From assembly GCA_002269645.1 (NCBI GenBank), contig NIVC01000281.1, positions 1-64,000 on the forward strand: a stretch of 64,000 nt of DNA, written 5' to 3'. Positions 37,501-49,300 of this stretch are shown in pieces; positions within the stretch are counted from its first letter, which is position 1, and each line of letters opens with the position of its first letter. Made by a program: the position numbers and the translations under genes. The notes under the pieces were generated by a model. It was not told the DNA's origin, searched no databases, and saw nothing but the letters and a program-made list of their open reading frames with translations. The stretch is from Macrostomum lignano (lineage: Eukaryota).

Positions 37501-39085
37501 TCTGACATTCTTAGTTCATCCGGTATGAATGTTGCATACATCCGATCTGACATTCTTAGTTCATCCGGTATGAATGTTGCATACATCCGATCTGACATTC
37601 TTAGTTCATCCGGTATGAATGTTGCATACATCCGATCTGACATTCTTAGTTCATCCGGTATGAATGTTGCATACATCCGATCTGACATTCTTAGTTCATC
37701 CGGTATGAATGTTGCATACATCCGATCTGACATTCTTAGTTCATCCGGTATGAATGTTGCATACATCCGATCTGACATTCTTAGTTCATCCGGTATGAAT
37801 GTTGCATACATCCGATCTGACATTCTTAGTTCATCCGGTATGAATGTTGCATACATCCGATCTGACATTCTTAGTTCATCCGGTATGAATGTTGCATACA
37901 TCCGATCTGACATTCTTAGTTCATCCGGTATGAATGTTGCATACATCCGATCTGACATTCTTAGTTCATCCGGTATGAATGTTGCATACATCCGGTATGA
38001 CGTTCTTAGTGCATCCGGTATAACATGCTGAGAACAACCGGGATTACATGCTTAGTACATCCGGGCTGACATCTTAGTACATCCGGTACGACATGCCGAG
38101 TACATCCGGGATGAAATGCTTAGTACATCTGGTACGATATGCACACCATATGCACACCAGTTAGTTACATGAACTTTGTGCTCCTGCCTAGAAGCCCGCA
38201 CGTACACTCTACAGTCAAGCACTATTATCGGTGCTCAGTGTGTTCCAACATCTCATTCCTTCACCCCTCGATTGTTCCCAGAGATGCCAGCGGCGCCTGC
38301 TGGTTCTTCGTCACCTTCCCGTGCTGGGGTGACTCCCCGGGCTGGCAGCGGCTGGCGGAATCCAAGCACAAACTGCAGCAGCTCTACCTGTCGCCGAAGA
38401 CGTTCACAGTGCAGGTGAAAATCTCATGATAGGCTGCGAAATGCCCGATATTGAAATTGAATCACTGATCAGTAATATTTTGACGATCTGATATGAGCGT
38501 ATGTACTTCGATCTTCGATATAAGTACATAAGTACATTTAAGTTCGATATCAGCTACGAAAGCTGACTCTTCCACTCTCTTCCACTCTCTTCCACTCTCT
38601 TCCACTCTCTTCCACTCTCTTCCACTCTCTTCCACTCTCTTCCACTCTCTTCCACTCTCTTCCACTCTCTTCCACTCTCTTCCACTCTCTTCCACTCTCT
38701 TCCACTCTCTTCCACTCTCTTCCACTCTCTCTCCACTCTCTTCCACTCTCTTCCACTCTCTTCCACTCTCTTCCAATTTCTTTTTCCGATTTTCCGATTT
38801 TGCTTTCTGTATCCTTCTCCAATCTTAATAACTGATGTCGTTTGGCAGTCGCTCACCCGCTGCATTTGCTGCCTAAACAAACAAACTTTTGCTCAAACTC
38901 CAAAGGACTGCTACGGTAGCGTACTCCGCCCGCGTATGGCGCTCAGCATCTTCGCCATGGGCCGGCGGCTGCCCAGCATTGCTGATTGGAACGGCATCAT
39001 CAAGCAGTGCTTCACCTGTACCGATGTGGACAGCGTCCGCGCTGCGTGGATGGAGCACTGCCTGACACTGCCTGACACTGCCTGA
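34556..39085 (+). CDS. PCIF1/CAPAM-like cap adenosine N6-methyltransferase-domain protein lacking a WW domain
   Basis: Exons 34556-34859, one or more unresolved exons, about 36390-36642, 36747-37161, 38282-38414 and 38906-39085. Motifs LLRYETL..LQWG, EGFASPLN, FCSLFPDTDAPFGSLGDFF, VNPPFIEELM and FFVTFPCW match the PCIF1 methyltransferase core (ECFASPLN..YCSAFPDTDGYFGSRG..ANPPFCEELM..FIVFIPEW). Confidence 0.85.
37240..38140 (+). repeat. 45-bp intronic minisatellite
   Basis: Unit atccggtatgaatgttgcatacatccgatctgacattcttagttc, about 17 near-perfect copies. Confidence 0.97.
38565..38775 (+). repeat. 10-bp repeat (ttccactctc)n in intron
   Basis: Directly visible. Confidence 0.95.
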
Positions 39086-39512
39086 CACTGCCTGACACTG
39101 CCTGACACTGCCTGACACTGCCTGACACTGCCTGACACTGCCTGACACTGCCTGACACTGCCTGACACTGCCTGACACTGCCTGACACTGCCTGACACTG
39201 CCTGACACTGCCTGACACTGCCTGACACTGCCTGACACTGCCTGACACTGCCTGACACTGCCTGACACTGCCTGACACTGCCTGACACTGCCTGACACTG
39301 CCTGACACTGCCTGACACTGCCTGACACTGCCTGACACTGCCTGACACTGCCTGACACTGCCTGACACTGCCTGACACTGCCTGACACTGCCTGACACTG
39401 CCTGACACTGCCTGACACTGCCTGACACTGCCTGACACTGCCTGACACTGCCTGACACTGCCTGACACTGCCTGACACTGCCTGAAACTTCCTGACACTG
39501 CCTGACACTGCC
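39056..39512 (+). repeat. 10-bp repeat (cactgcctga)n starting inside the last coding exon
   Basis: Supplies the TGA at 39083-39085. Confidence 0.95.
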
Positions 39513-39835
39513 GTTCACGGCCTGTCGTTTCTGTCCTGTCCGGGACTTCATCCAATGAGCGCCACTTGCGAACCGCGGTTTTGATCAGAATTCAATTGCA
39601 ACCTTACTATTGTGGACAAGAACGTTTCTGCCGACTTTTTCTCATTCAAATTATGCATGAAAAACTATGCTTAATACATTAAGATCTTTTCTGATCAATC
39701 AATTTTTCTTAGAGTACATCGTAAATCCTGGCTTTTGTTTAACACAATAAGTGCCTTTCTGTTTATTTTTAATAAAGTTTGCTTGTCTATTTTCAAAAAT
39801 ATTCGAGTATATTATTATGCTATTTAGGATCGAGG

Positions 39836-41257
39836 ATTTGGGATCTGGGATCTGGGATCGGGGATCTGGGATCGGGGATCTGGGATCGGGGATCTGGGAT
39901 CGGGGATCTGGGATCGGGGATCTGGGATCGGGGATCTGGGATCGGGGATCTGGGATCGGGGATCTGGGATCGGGGATCTGGGATCGGGGATCTGGGATCG
40001 GGGATCTGGGATCGGGGATCTGGGATCGGGGATCTGGGATCGGGGATCTGGGATCGGGGATCTGGGATCGGGGATCTGGGATCGGGGATCGGGGATCTGG
40101 GATCGGGGATCTGGGATCGGGGATCTGGGATCGGGGATCTGGGATCGGGGATCTGGGATCGGGGATCTGGGATCGGGGATCTGGGATCGGGGATCGGGGA
40201 TCTGGGATCGGGGATCTGGGATCGGGGATCTGGGATCGGGGATCTGGGATCGGGGATCTGGGATCGGGGATCTGGGATCGGGGATCTGGGATCGGGGATC
40301 TGGGATCGGGGATCTGGGATCGGGGATCTGGGATCGGGGATCTGGGATCGGGGATCTGGGATCGGGGATCTGGGATCGGGGATCTGGGATCGGGGATCTG
40401 GGATCGGGGATCTGGGATCGGGGATCTGGGATCGGGGATCTGGGATCGGGGATCTGGGATCGGGGATCTGGGATCGGGGATCTGGGATCGGGGATCTGGG
40501 ATCGGGGATCTGGGATCGGGGATCTGGGATCGGGGATCTGGGATCGGGGATCTGGGATCGGGGATCTGGGATCGGGGATCTGGGATCGGGGATCTGGGAT
40601 CGGGGATCTGGGATCGGGGATCTGGGATCGGGGATCTGGGATCGGGGATCTGGGATCGGGGATCTGGGATCGGGGATCTGGGATCGGGGATCTGGGATCG
40701 GGGATCTGGGATCGGGGATCTGGGATCGGGGATCTGGGATCGGGGATCTGGGATCGGGGATCTGGGATCGGGGATCTGGGATCGGGGATCTGGGATCGGG
40801 GATCTGGGATCGGGGATCTGGGATCGGGGATCTGGGATCGGGGATCTGGGATCGGGGATCTGGGATCGGGGATCTGGGATCGGGGATCTGGGATCGGGGA
40901 TCTGGGATCGGGGATCTGGGATCGGGGATCTGGGATCGGGGATCTGGGATCGGGGATCTGGGATCGGGGATCTGGGATCGGGGATCTGGGATCGGGGATC
41001 TGGGATCGGGGATCTGGGATCGGGGATCTGGGATCGGGGATCTGGGATCGGGGATCTGGGATCGGGGATCTGGGATCGGGGATCTGGGATCGGGGATCTG
41101 GGATCGGGGATCTGGGATCGGGGATCTGGGATCGGGGATCTGGGATCGGGGATCTGGGATCGGGGATCTGGGATCGGGGATCTGGGATCGGGGATCTGGG
41201 ATCGGGGATCTGGGATCGGGATCTGGGATCGGGATCTGGGATCGGGGATCTGGGATC
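39836..41257 (+). repeat. 14-bp G-rich satellite (GGGATCTGGGATCG)n, right junction array
   Basis: About 100 units; inverted partner of 33336-33843. Confidence 0.97.
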
Positions 41258-41709
41258 TGTCACATTGTGGGCAATTTTAATCATTTTAGCAGCAAAAATG
41301 TCCTTGACTTGCACCGCAGAAGTTAATGGCCTTGGCTGTTTAGGTTTCACCTGCGCTTTCCCGCAACTGCAGGCCAACCTTGGAGAAATCAAGAAGCCGA
41401 AGCTTTTCACGCGTGTTTATAGTAGATTTCGGTGAACAGATAGCTCAGGCTGTCTCTTGCTATGCAGTTATGGTGCCGAAGTCGTAGATAAGGTCCAAAA
41501 GGGACGCCTTTTGCCAGTTTTATCTATTCTGCAGACAAAAGTTAACACCGGTTCAATTTTTAAGTAACAAAGCAGTTAAAGAATTTTCTTTGAAAAGAGG
41601 CGGCACTGCTTCAGGCGGCAGCACAAGGCCAATTTTTCGCTTCGATTTAGCCTTCAAAGTTCAAAAAGTCAAGTTTAAATTAACAAATTCTATTTTAACT
41701 CCGACAGCG

Positions 41710-44700
41710 ATGGATAAAACTGAAGCTGGTAAGTAAAACAAGTTTGAATGTAGTAAGAAATGTAGTAAAATATTAGTGCCTCTCATATTACAACCCCTCA
41801 ATAGCGGCCCTCATTAGAGCCCCCTCTTATTAGCGCCCCTAATTAGCGCCCCTCATTGGCGCCTCATCCACCCTTTAAAATTCTATTTTTAGAAACATCC
41901 GGCCAGCTCCAAGCCGCTGAGTTCGGCAGGCCGATGCTTGAGCAGCACTTTCCTCACGTGGCTCGCCGTGGCGTCCTCATGCTGAACAATGGCTCGTTCG
42001 GGGTGGCACCGAAGAGCGTTCTGGATTGCAAACTGCGGTACAAATGATTCCTGATCCCTTGAAGTAATGAATACATGAAATGCTGAGATTTCTCAAATTC
42101 TCAGAGTTCTCAGAGATTCTAAAAAGTCCTAAGGACGTTTCTAATACTTTCTAATACTTAAAATTATTTGTGGCGGCCGTCTGACATCCCTTAGCGGATC
42201 CCTCAGACACCCTTAGCGGATCCCTCAGACACCCTTAGCGGATCCCACAGACACCCTTAGCGGATCCCTCAGACACCCTTAGCGGATTCCACAGACACCC
42301 TTAGCGGATCCCACAGACACCTTAGCGGATCCTGCGCAGACACTCTTAGCGGATCGCACAGACACCCTTAGCGGATCCCACAGACACCCTTAGCGGATCC
42401 CACAGACACCTTAGCGGATCCTGCGCAGACACCCTTTGCGGATCCCACAGACACCCTTAGCGGATCCCACAGAAAGCCTTAGCGGATCCCTTAGACACCC
42501 TTAGCGGATCCATCAGACAGCCTTAGCGGATCCCTCAGTCAGCCTTAGCGGATCCTTCAGACACTGCCTTCAGCCTTCCGCTTCAAATATTTTATAAGAC
42601 AGTTCTTCCTCCTACTTGAGCCTACTTGAGCATTCTCTTTGATCTGCCGCCCGCAGACTCACTGAAGAGTTCGAGTCGTTCGCCGACGAGTTCGTTCGAC
42701 TCCGCCAGGTGGATCTGAACTACAGCAGCCTGGAGGCCATCGCCAGCCGCCTGCGGGTGCGGCCGCAGCAGTGCACCCTGCTGGAGAATGTCACCATCGG
42801 AGTGTCCAACATTCTGCGCCGACTGTTGGCCCTGGAGCCGCCCGGCTCCCAGGTGCTCGTCAACTCCTGGACCTACATCGCCGTCAGGATGGCTGCCACG
42901 GAGGCCGGGGAGGCGCCCGAAGCAAAGCTTCAACTGCCGCTGAAGTCGGGCGAGGACGTGCTGCGGGCGGTCGAGCAGGAGCTGGACAGGAGGCCGAAAG
43001 TTCGAATTGCCGTGTTCGGTGCGACCCCACTGGGGATTTTGGGAATGTAGCTGGGGGACAGGTGATGAGGTGGGTGACCCAGGTGACAGTTAGAGTGACA
43101 CAGGTGACAGGTAGAGTGACACAGGTGACAGGTAGGGTGACACAGGTGACAGTTAGGGTGACACAGGTGACAGAGTGACACAGGTGACAGGTAGGATGAC
43201 ACAGGTGACAGTTAGGGTGACACAGGTGACAGTTAGAGTGACACAGGTGACAGGCAGGGTGACACAGGTGACAGGCAGGGTGACAGATGCTGCGCAGCTA
43301 GGGCTCCCAGCAACGCTTATCCGACATCCCCTATTTAGACCATATCACGAGCACCACGGCTTGCCTGATGCCAGTGAAGGAGCTCACAGCCCTGTGTCGC
43401 AGCCGGGGCATCAAGGTGATCATCGATGGGGCCCATGCCATCGGCCAGGTGCCAAACCTGGACATCGAGGACATCGGCGCCGACTTCTACCTCGGCAACC
43501 TCAACAAGTGGCACTTCCTGCCGAAATCAGTCGCTCTGATGTGGATTAGCGAGGCTCACGTGAGCACCATGAAACCCGACATTGTCTCCTGGCTGCTCCA
43601 TGACGAGGTACTGCCGCACAGGTACTCCTACCTGGGCACCAGGGACACCAGCAGCTTCTACGTCATCCCGGAAGCTTTGAAGTTTGTCGACGAGATTTGC
43701 GGCGGTCTGGTGAGTGTCTGCTGGCCAATTGGGGCTGCTCAACAACTGTGAAGCATACCTCTGTTACCTTCACCAATGCACATCAGGACAGAGTTTACGA
43801 ATACTGCCGCAGCCTTGCTGATGAGGCCAGCAGCTATCTGGCCGGATTCTGGGGCACCGACCTGCTGCCCCTGCCGGCTGAAATGCAGGCGCCGTTCATG
43901 CGCCTCATCCGCCTACCCCAGCATCTTCAGAGGCCCGCCATCAAGAAGTTTGTGAGTTCTTCTTTGGAGAGGTCGAGTTTGTGACCTCCTCTCTTCTCTT
44001 CTCTCCTCTCCTGTCCTCTCTTCTACTTTCCTTTCCTCTCCTCTCCTCTCCTCTCCTCTCCTTTCCTTTCCTCTCCTCTCCTCTCCTCTCCTCTCCTCTC
44101 CTCTCCTCTCCTCTCCTCTCCTCTCCTCTCCTCTCTTCTCTTCTCTTCTCCTCTCCTATCCTCTCCTCTCCTCTCTCCTCTCCTCTCCTCTCCTCTCCTC
44201 TCCTCTCCTCTCCTCTCCTATTCTCCCTCTCCTATCCTCTCCTCTCATCTCCTCTCCTCTCTCCTCTCATCTCCTCTCTTTCCCTCTCCTCTCTTCTCCT
44301 TTCCTCTCCTCTCCTCTCCTCTCCTCTCCTCTACTATCCTCTCCTCTCCTCTCCTCTCCTCTCCTCTCCTCTTCTCTCCTCTCCTCTCCTCTCCTCTCCT
44401 CTCCTCTCCTCTTCTCTCCTCTCCTCTCCTCTCCTCTCCTCTCCTCTCCTCTCCTCTCCTCTCCTCTCCTCTCCTCTCCTCTCCTCTCCTCTCCTCTCTT
44501 CTCCTCTCCTCTCCTCTCCTCTCCTCTACTATCCTCTCCTCTCCTCTCCTCTCCTCTCCTCTCCTCTCTTCTCTTCTCTTCTCCTCTCCTCTCCTCTCCT
44601 CTCCTCTCCTCTTCTCCTCTCTCCTCTACTCTACTCTCTCCTTCGCAACCTGAAATCGCAGGCAGAGGAGACGAGATTCGAGAGCAACATGTGGAAATTC

Positions 44701-44856
44701 GTGGCCTACAAGCTCAAAATGGACCTGCTGATTCTCAACATCGAGGACTCGCTGTTCATCCGCATCGCCGCCTCCATTGTCGTTGACATGAACGACATTC
44801 GACTGGTGGGCGACACAATGATGAGGCTGAAGGAGACCGACTTTGTTTTGGACTGA
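41710..44856 (+). CDS. PLP-dependent class-V aminotransferase-fold lyase (Egt2/CefD/L-cysteine desulfhydrase-like), copy 2, intact, 418 aa
   Basis: Exons 41710-41728, 41893-42037, 42657-43018, 43339-43709, 43787-43951 and 44662-44856 total 1257 nt. Motifs LNNGSFGVAP, ENVTIGVSNIL, AVFDHITS, IIDGAHAIGQ, DFYLGNLNKW (PLP lysine) and LGTRDTS. Confidence 0.92.
42185..42560 (+). repeat. ~21-bp minisatellite in lyase intron 2 (counterpart 32215-32400)
   Basis: Unit cttagcggatcccacagacac(c). Confidence 0.88.
43985..44640 (+). repeat. (CCTCT)n microsatellite in lyase copy 2 intron 5
   Basis: Mirror of 27715-28575 with shared variant motifs. Confidence 0.95.
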
Positions 44857-45759
44857 TTTTCCCTAGTGAAGAAACTCTTCCAGAGAACTCTTTTTTAATA
44901 AACTTCTAGAGAACTATAATACTTACTTGTGGCTTGTACGCTCGTAGCAGAATATCATACAGCAGTGAGAGGTTTTGCATAGAATGTAACTGTATTTTAC
45001 ATATATATGTGATAACTTTGGGACAAATAAAGGTGAATTACATGTACTTCTTGAGATGCTGTTACTTAAGTTGATTGACCTGCTTGTGGCGTTCTGACGG
45101 AGCGAGTTCGCGTAGACGAGCTGGGCTGCTATTGTTGGCTAGCGGAGCTCAGAGTCATATATTAGAATGATAAAACAGTGTTGCCGAATTTCTTTTTGAT
45201 GGAGGAGAAATAGAAACTTATTGTAACGAAATATCCGATGATTAGTATATTTAACGATTGCACCAGTATATTAGGAATTGGACGACACCAACTTAGCCAC
45301 ACATCACACCTACGCCTCACCAAGGTATAACTTAATAGATAACAGCATTTAAATTTGTGCCAAGAAGACTCCGATAAAACAAAATCTATGCATTTTAACT
45401 TTGATTTATAAACAGAAGAAAACAGTTAATAAATAAATTACATACATTTGGAATACTTGATAATTGAAATTACGAAACCGTTACACTCGCCTCCCTAATA
45501 ATAACAGCAAAGGAATTTATTTAAACTATTGAAAATCGAACGATGGAATAAAATACAGCTGAGCCGATTACAAAAACAAGGGAACGACACTCATCATGAA
45601 AACTACACTCAAATGCTTACATATTGGGGCTTAAAACATGTAGGATGAAACAAAAAATTCCTGTAGGCTGATAAGCAAAATATATAAAGCGAGTCAGAGC
45701 CAATGACAGGTCAGAGCAATAAGCAGTTAGAGTTAAATTTCGCCAGCGCAGCAGCGACC

Positions 45760-45980
45760 AGGATGTCGCCAGCGGTGACGCGACCAGGATGTCGCCAGCG
45801 GGGACGCGACCAGGATGTCGCCAGCGGGGACGCGACCAGGGTGTCGCCAGCGGGGACGCGACCAGGATGTCGCCAGCGGGGACGCGACCAGGATGTCGCC
45901 AGCGGGGACGCGACCAGGATGTCGCCAGCGGGGACGCGACCAGGATGTCGCCAGCGGGGACGCGACCAGGATGTCGCCAG
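45760..45980 (+). repeat. 26-bp tandem repeat in the 3' untranslated region of the Gypsy element
   Basis: Unit gacgcgaccaggatgtcgccagcggg, about 8 copies, each with the stem gcgac-N6-gtcgc. Confidence 0.9.
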
Positions 45981-46351
45981 CCACGAACGAAGCCAGCCCA
46001 CAAGACAGCACAGCAAGCACAAAACACAAAACAAGCCGAAACCGCCGAAAGAGAGACGCAAACTCCACCAGCACAGCAGCAACACAGAACAGACAAAACA
46101 GACAGCAAACTAACCCCCCCCCCCTAACAGAAAGAAGAACGAAAAAAACAAAGACCACACGCTACTCAGAACCCCGACTCCGATAGCACCGATTGATGAT
46201 GGACGACAGAAACCTGGCTGGCCTGCGCACAACCCGACCAGACCTGGTGGTGATAATCGGCGCCGCCACTTCTTCAGAGGACTGAGAATGAGAGCTCGTG
46301 GTCCCAGAGCTGCTTTCCCGCGGCTCCAGTTTGATGTCAAAACGTTCTTCG

Positions 46352-49300
46352 TTACAAGTAGGTGATTGATTTGGCTCTAGCAGCGAGGGATTGGAATCGG
46401 TACTCGATCGAGGCCGGCTGCTTGAACTCGGCTTGCTCGTTTTCTTGCACTAGCTCTTGCCGACTTGTCAAACTGATCGCTGCGACCGAACCTGACACAC
46501 TAGCCACTGCTTCAAACCCGACACCCTGATTAGGATTCTCCTCTGGTTCTGAGCGCCGTTCGTCAACAGCGGGAATCGAACTTCCCTGCTCCCACGACTC
46601 TCCACAGTCCAGATCCAGAGAGCCCCTATCTGGTAAGCCTGCTGCGGTGAAAGATCTGTCACTCGAGGATTGCTGACCTTGGATGGAAGCCCGAGGCTCT
46701 TCCGTCTCAGGTGCCAGTCCAAATCTGTCGATAAGGTCAATGTACGCTGGTCTTCTCACACACCTCTTCAGCCTGTCAATGTTGTAGACATTGTGCTTTG
46801 GGTTTGGTATTCCGGCGTCTGACACTGGGGCAAGCCGGTAATTTCTGTCCGATACCTTTTCGATGATCTTGTACGGCCCAAACCACACCGCAGTGTCCAA
46901 GCCCTTGTGGTCCGGATTTAGGACCCACACGAGCTCTCCCTCCTTAAAGACCGAATGGTGAGTGCCCCGATCGTAGTAGCGCTTCTGGCGCTGTTGGGCT
47001 TTGCCTCGAATCTGTCTGGCCAAGGTCGATACGGTCACCAGCTCGTGGTATAGTTTATGGGCGAACCTGTTGGGCTGATATTGGTCCAGCGCTGGAGGCC
47101 CGTATTTAAGGTCAAGGGGAAATACGAGCTCACGCCCCAAGAACAGGCGCGCTGGCGTGAAGCCAGTAGACTCAGCCTCCGTCGCTCTGATTGACAGGCC
47201 AACGAGGCGGGCTGCTAGCGACCAATTACACTCTCGGCCCTGACACACGGCACGAATTTGACTCTTAATTGTTTGAATAGCTCTTTCAGCCTTGCCATTG
47301 GCTTGGGGCCGGCGAGCTGCGATCCGAACCTTTTCGATTTCAAGGAGGCTGGTGAGCTCTTCCAACACGTGGTTGATGAACGCCGTGCCATTGTCGGACA
47401 CAATCGCTTCCATGGCCCCCCACCTGACAACCCACTCGGTAAGAATCGTTTGTGCAGTGGTTTCAGCAGTTATATCTGGCACAGGAATAATTTCGACCCA
47501 GCTGGTAAAGCGGTCAATGAGAACCAGCAAAAACCTGTTGCCGCTTTGTTCCAGGAATGGACCTGCGTGGTCCACGTGAACCACCTGACCCGGGTAGCCG
47601 GCAAGGGTGGGCTGCATCGGTTCCTTATTTTTACGATTAGTTCGCTTTGTTCGGGCACAGGTCTCACATTCGGCGATGATCCCCGTGACATGAGTCTTTA
47701 GTTCATTGATCTGGAAACGGTTTTTTAGCGCTTTCGTGGTTTTTGTCACCCCACAGTGATTCAATGCTTGATGGTAATTCAGAACGATTTCATCGACGTC
47801 CGCTGTCTCGGGAATGACTAAGACAGAGCGGAAAGGTTTGCCTTTCTTGGCGGGCTTCTGGATGTACAACAGACCCTCGTTAAGACTTAGTTTCTCAAAA
47901 CTTGAGCACAATACTCTGATCTCACGACTGCATGACTGGAGCTCTTCGCTACTCGGTTTCTGCCCACCCTTCACGGCTTCTATCAGCCTTAAGATGTCAA
48001 TTGAGGATTCTTGAGCTTGCCTTGCCCAGTTTTCTTCCTGCTGATCCGACAACCCATCCTCCGAATCAGAATCGCTTGCAACGACTGGTTTAGCAGGGTG
48101 CTCCACAACCCGGATTGCTGGCGCTTCAGCAAGCATTCCCATCTCTGCCTGCTGATGTCCAGCATTCTCAGAAAGCAGCTCTGGTTGATGGAAAGTTTGA
48201 GTCTCAACCTCCTTATTTTCAGATTTAAAATTTTGATTCTCATCGTTCTCTGTCTGGAGAGCGACAGAACACGTTTGAGTCATTTTTGTTGTAAGAGTCT
48301 GTACGACCGCAGTCGTGTTTTTGATCTTACCAGCAAATTTGTCCTTGAACTCTGGTATCTGGCTACATGTCGGACAGTCGTGGTGATCGGCTCGAAACTT
48401 TGGGTTTCGGCTAAGAAAATCAGCGTTTAAGTGCTCTTGACCAGCCCTGTGCCTAACTTCAAAGTCATATTCCCCGAGGCGTTCAGGAGGTGTCTGGTTA
48501 ATTTTAAAGTCATAGGCTTCAATTGTGGCCAACCATTGGGCCAGCATGCCCGTGGCATGTCTCTTTGTGTGCAACCATTTCAGCGCTGCCGCGTCGGTGC
48601 GTACGACGAAGGGGCGGTCCAGCAGATAGACTCGAAAGTTCTCGAGCATCATCACCACGCCCAGAAGTTCCCTCATCGTGGCACAATAGTTTCTCTGCGC
48701 AGCGGTAAATCTTTTTGAAGCGTAACTGATCACTTTTTCTTGATCACCAGCCCCTTGTTGGGACAAGACAGCACCAATTCCCTCGAGCGAGCTGTCGCAA
48801 TCCAAGATAAATGACCCTGCATTCGGTGAAAAGTCGGGATAAGCTAAGACTGGTGGCGAACAGAGGCATGACTTCAGCTCAGAGAACGCTTTGTCATGCT
48901 TTTCATGCCAGACAAACTTCTCAGCCCCTCTTGCCAGAGCGTAAAGTGGCGCGGCTATCACCGAGAACCTAGGGACGAATTTCCTGTAGTAGTTACAGAA
49001 GCCCAGAAACGACAGCAGCTGCTTCTGATCGATCGGTCTAGGCCAATCGCGAACGGCATCAGTTTTCTCTGGGTCAGCTTCTATTCCCTGTCCCGAAACT
49101 ATGAAACCAAGAAACCGCACCTTATCCCTGAATAGCTCACATTTGCTGGGTTTGATTTTTAAGTTTGCCTTGCGCAGCCTCCAAAGTACAAGCGCCAAAT
49201 TCACTATCATCTCGTCATTGTCCCTAGCTTTTACGATGACATCGTCGAGGTAAATCAGACTGACCTTGAGCAACAATAGCTGGAAGACTCGGTGCATCAG

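Noticed and set aside
39751-41410. 500+ aa ORFs on both strands (GSGIWDRGSGIGDL / PDPRSQI repeats), also at 33158-33907
   Set aside because: Translations of the 14-bp satellite, which happens to lack stops; no non-repetitive domain.
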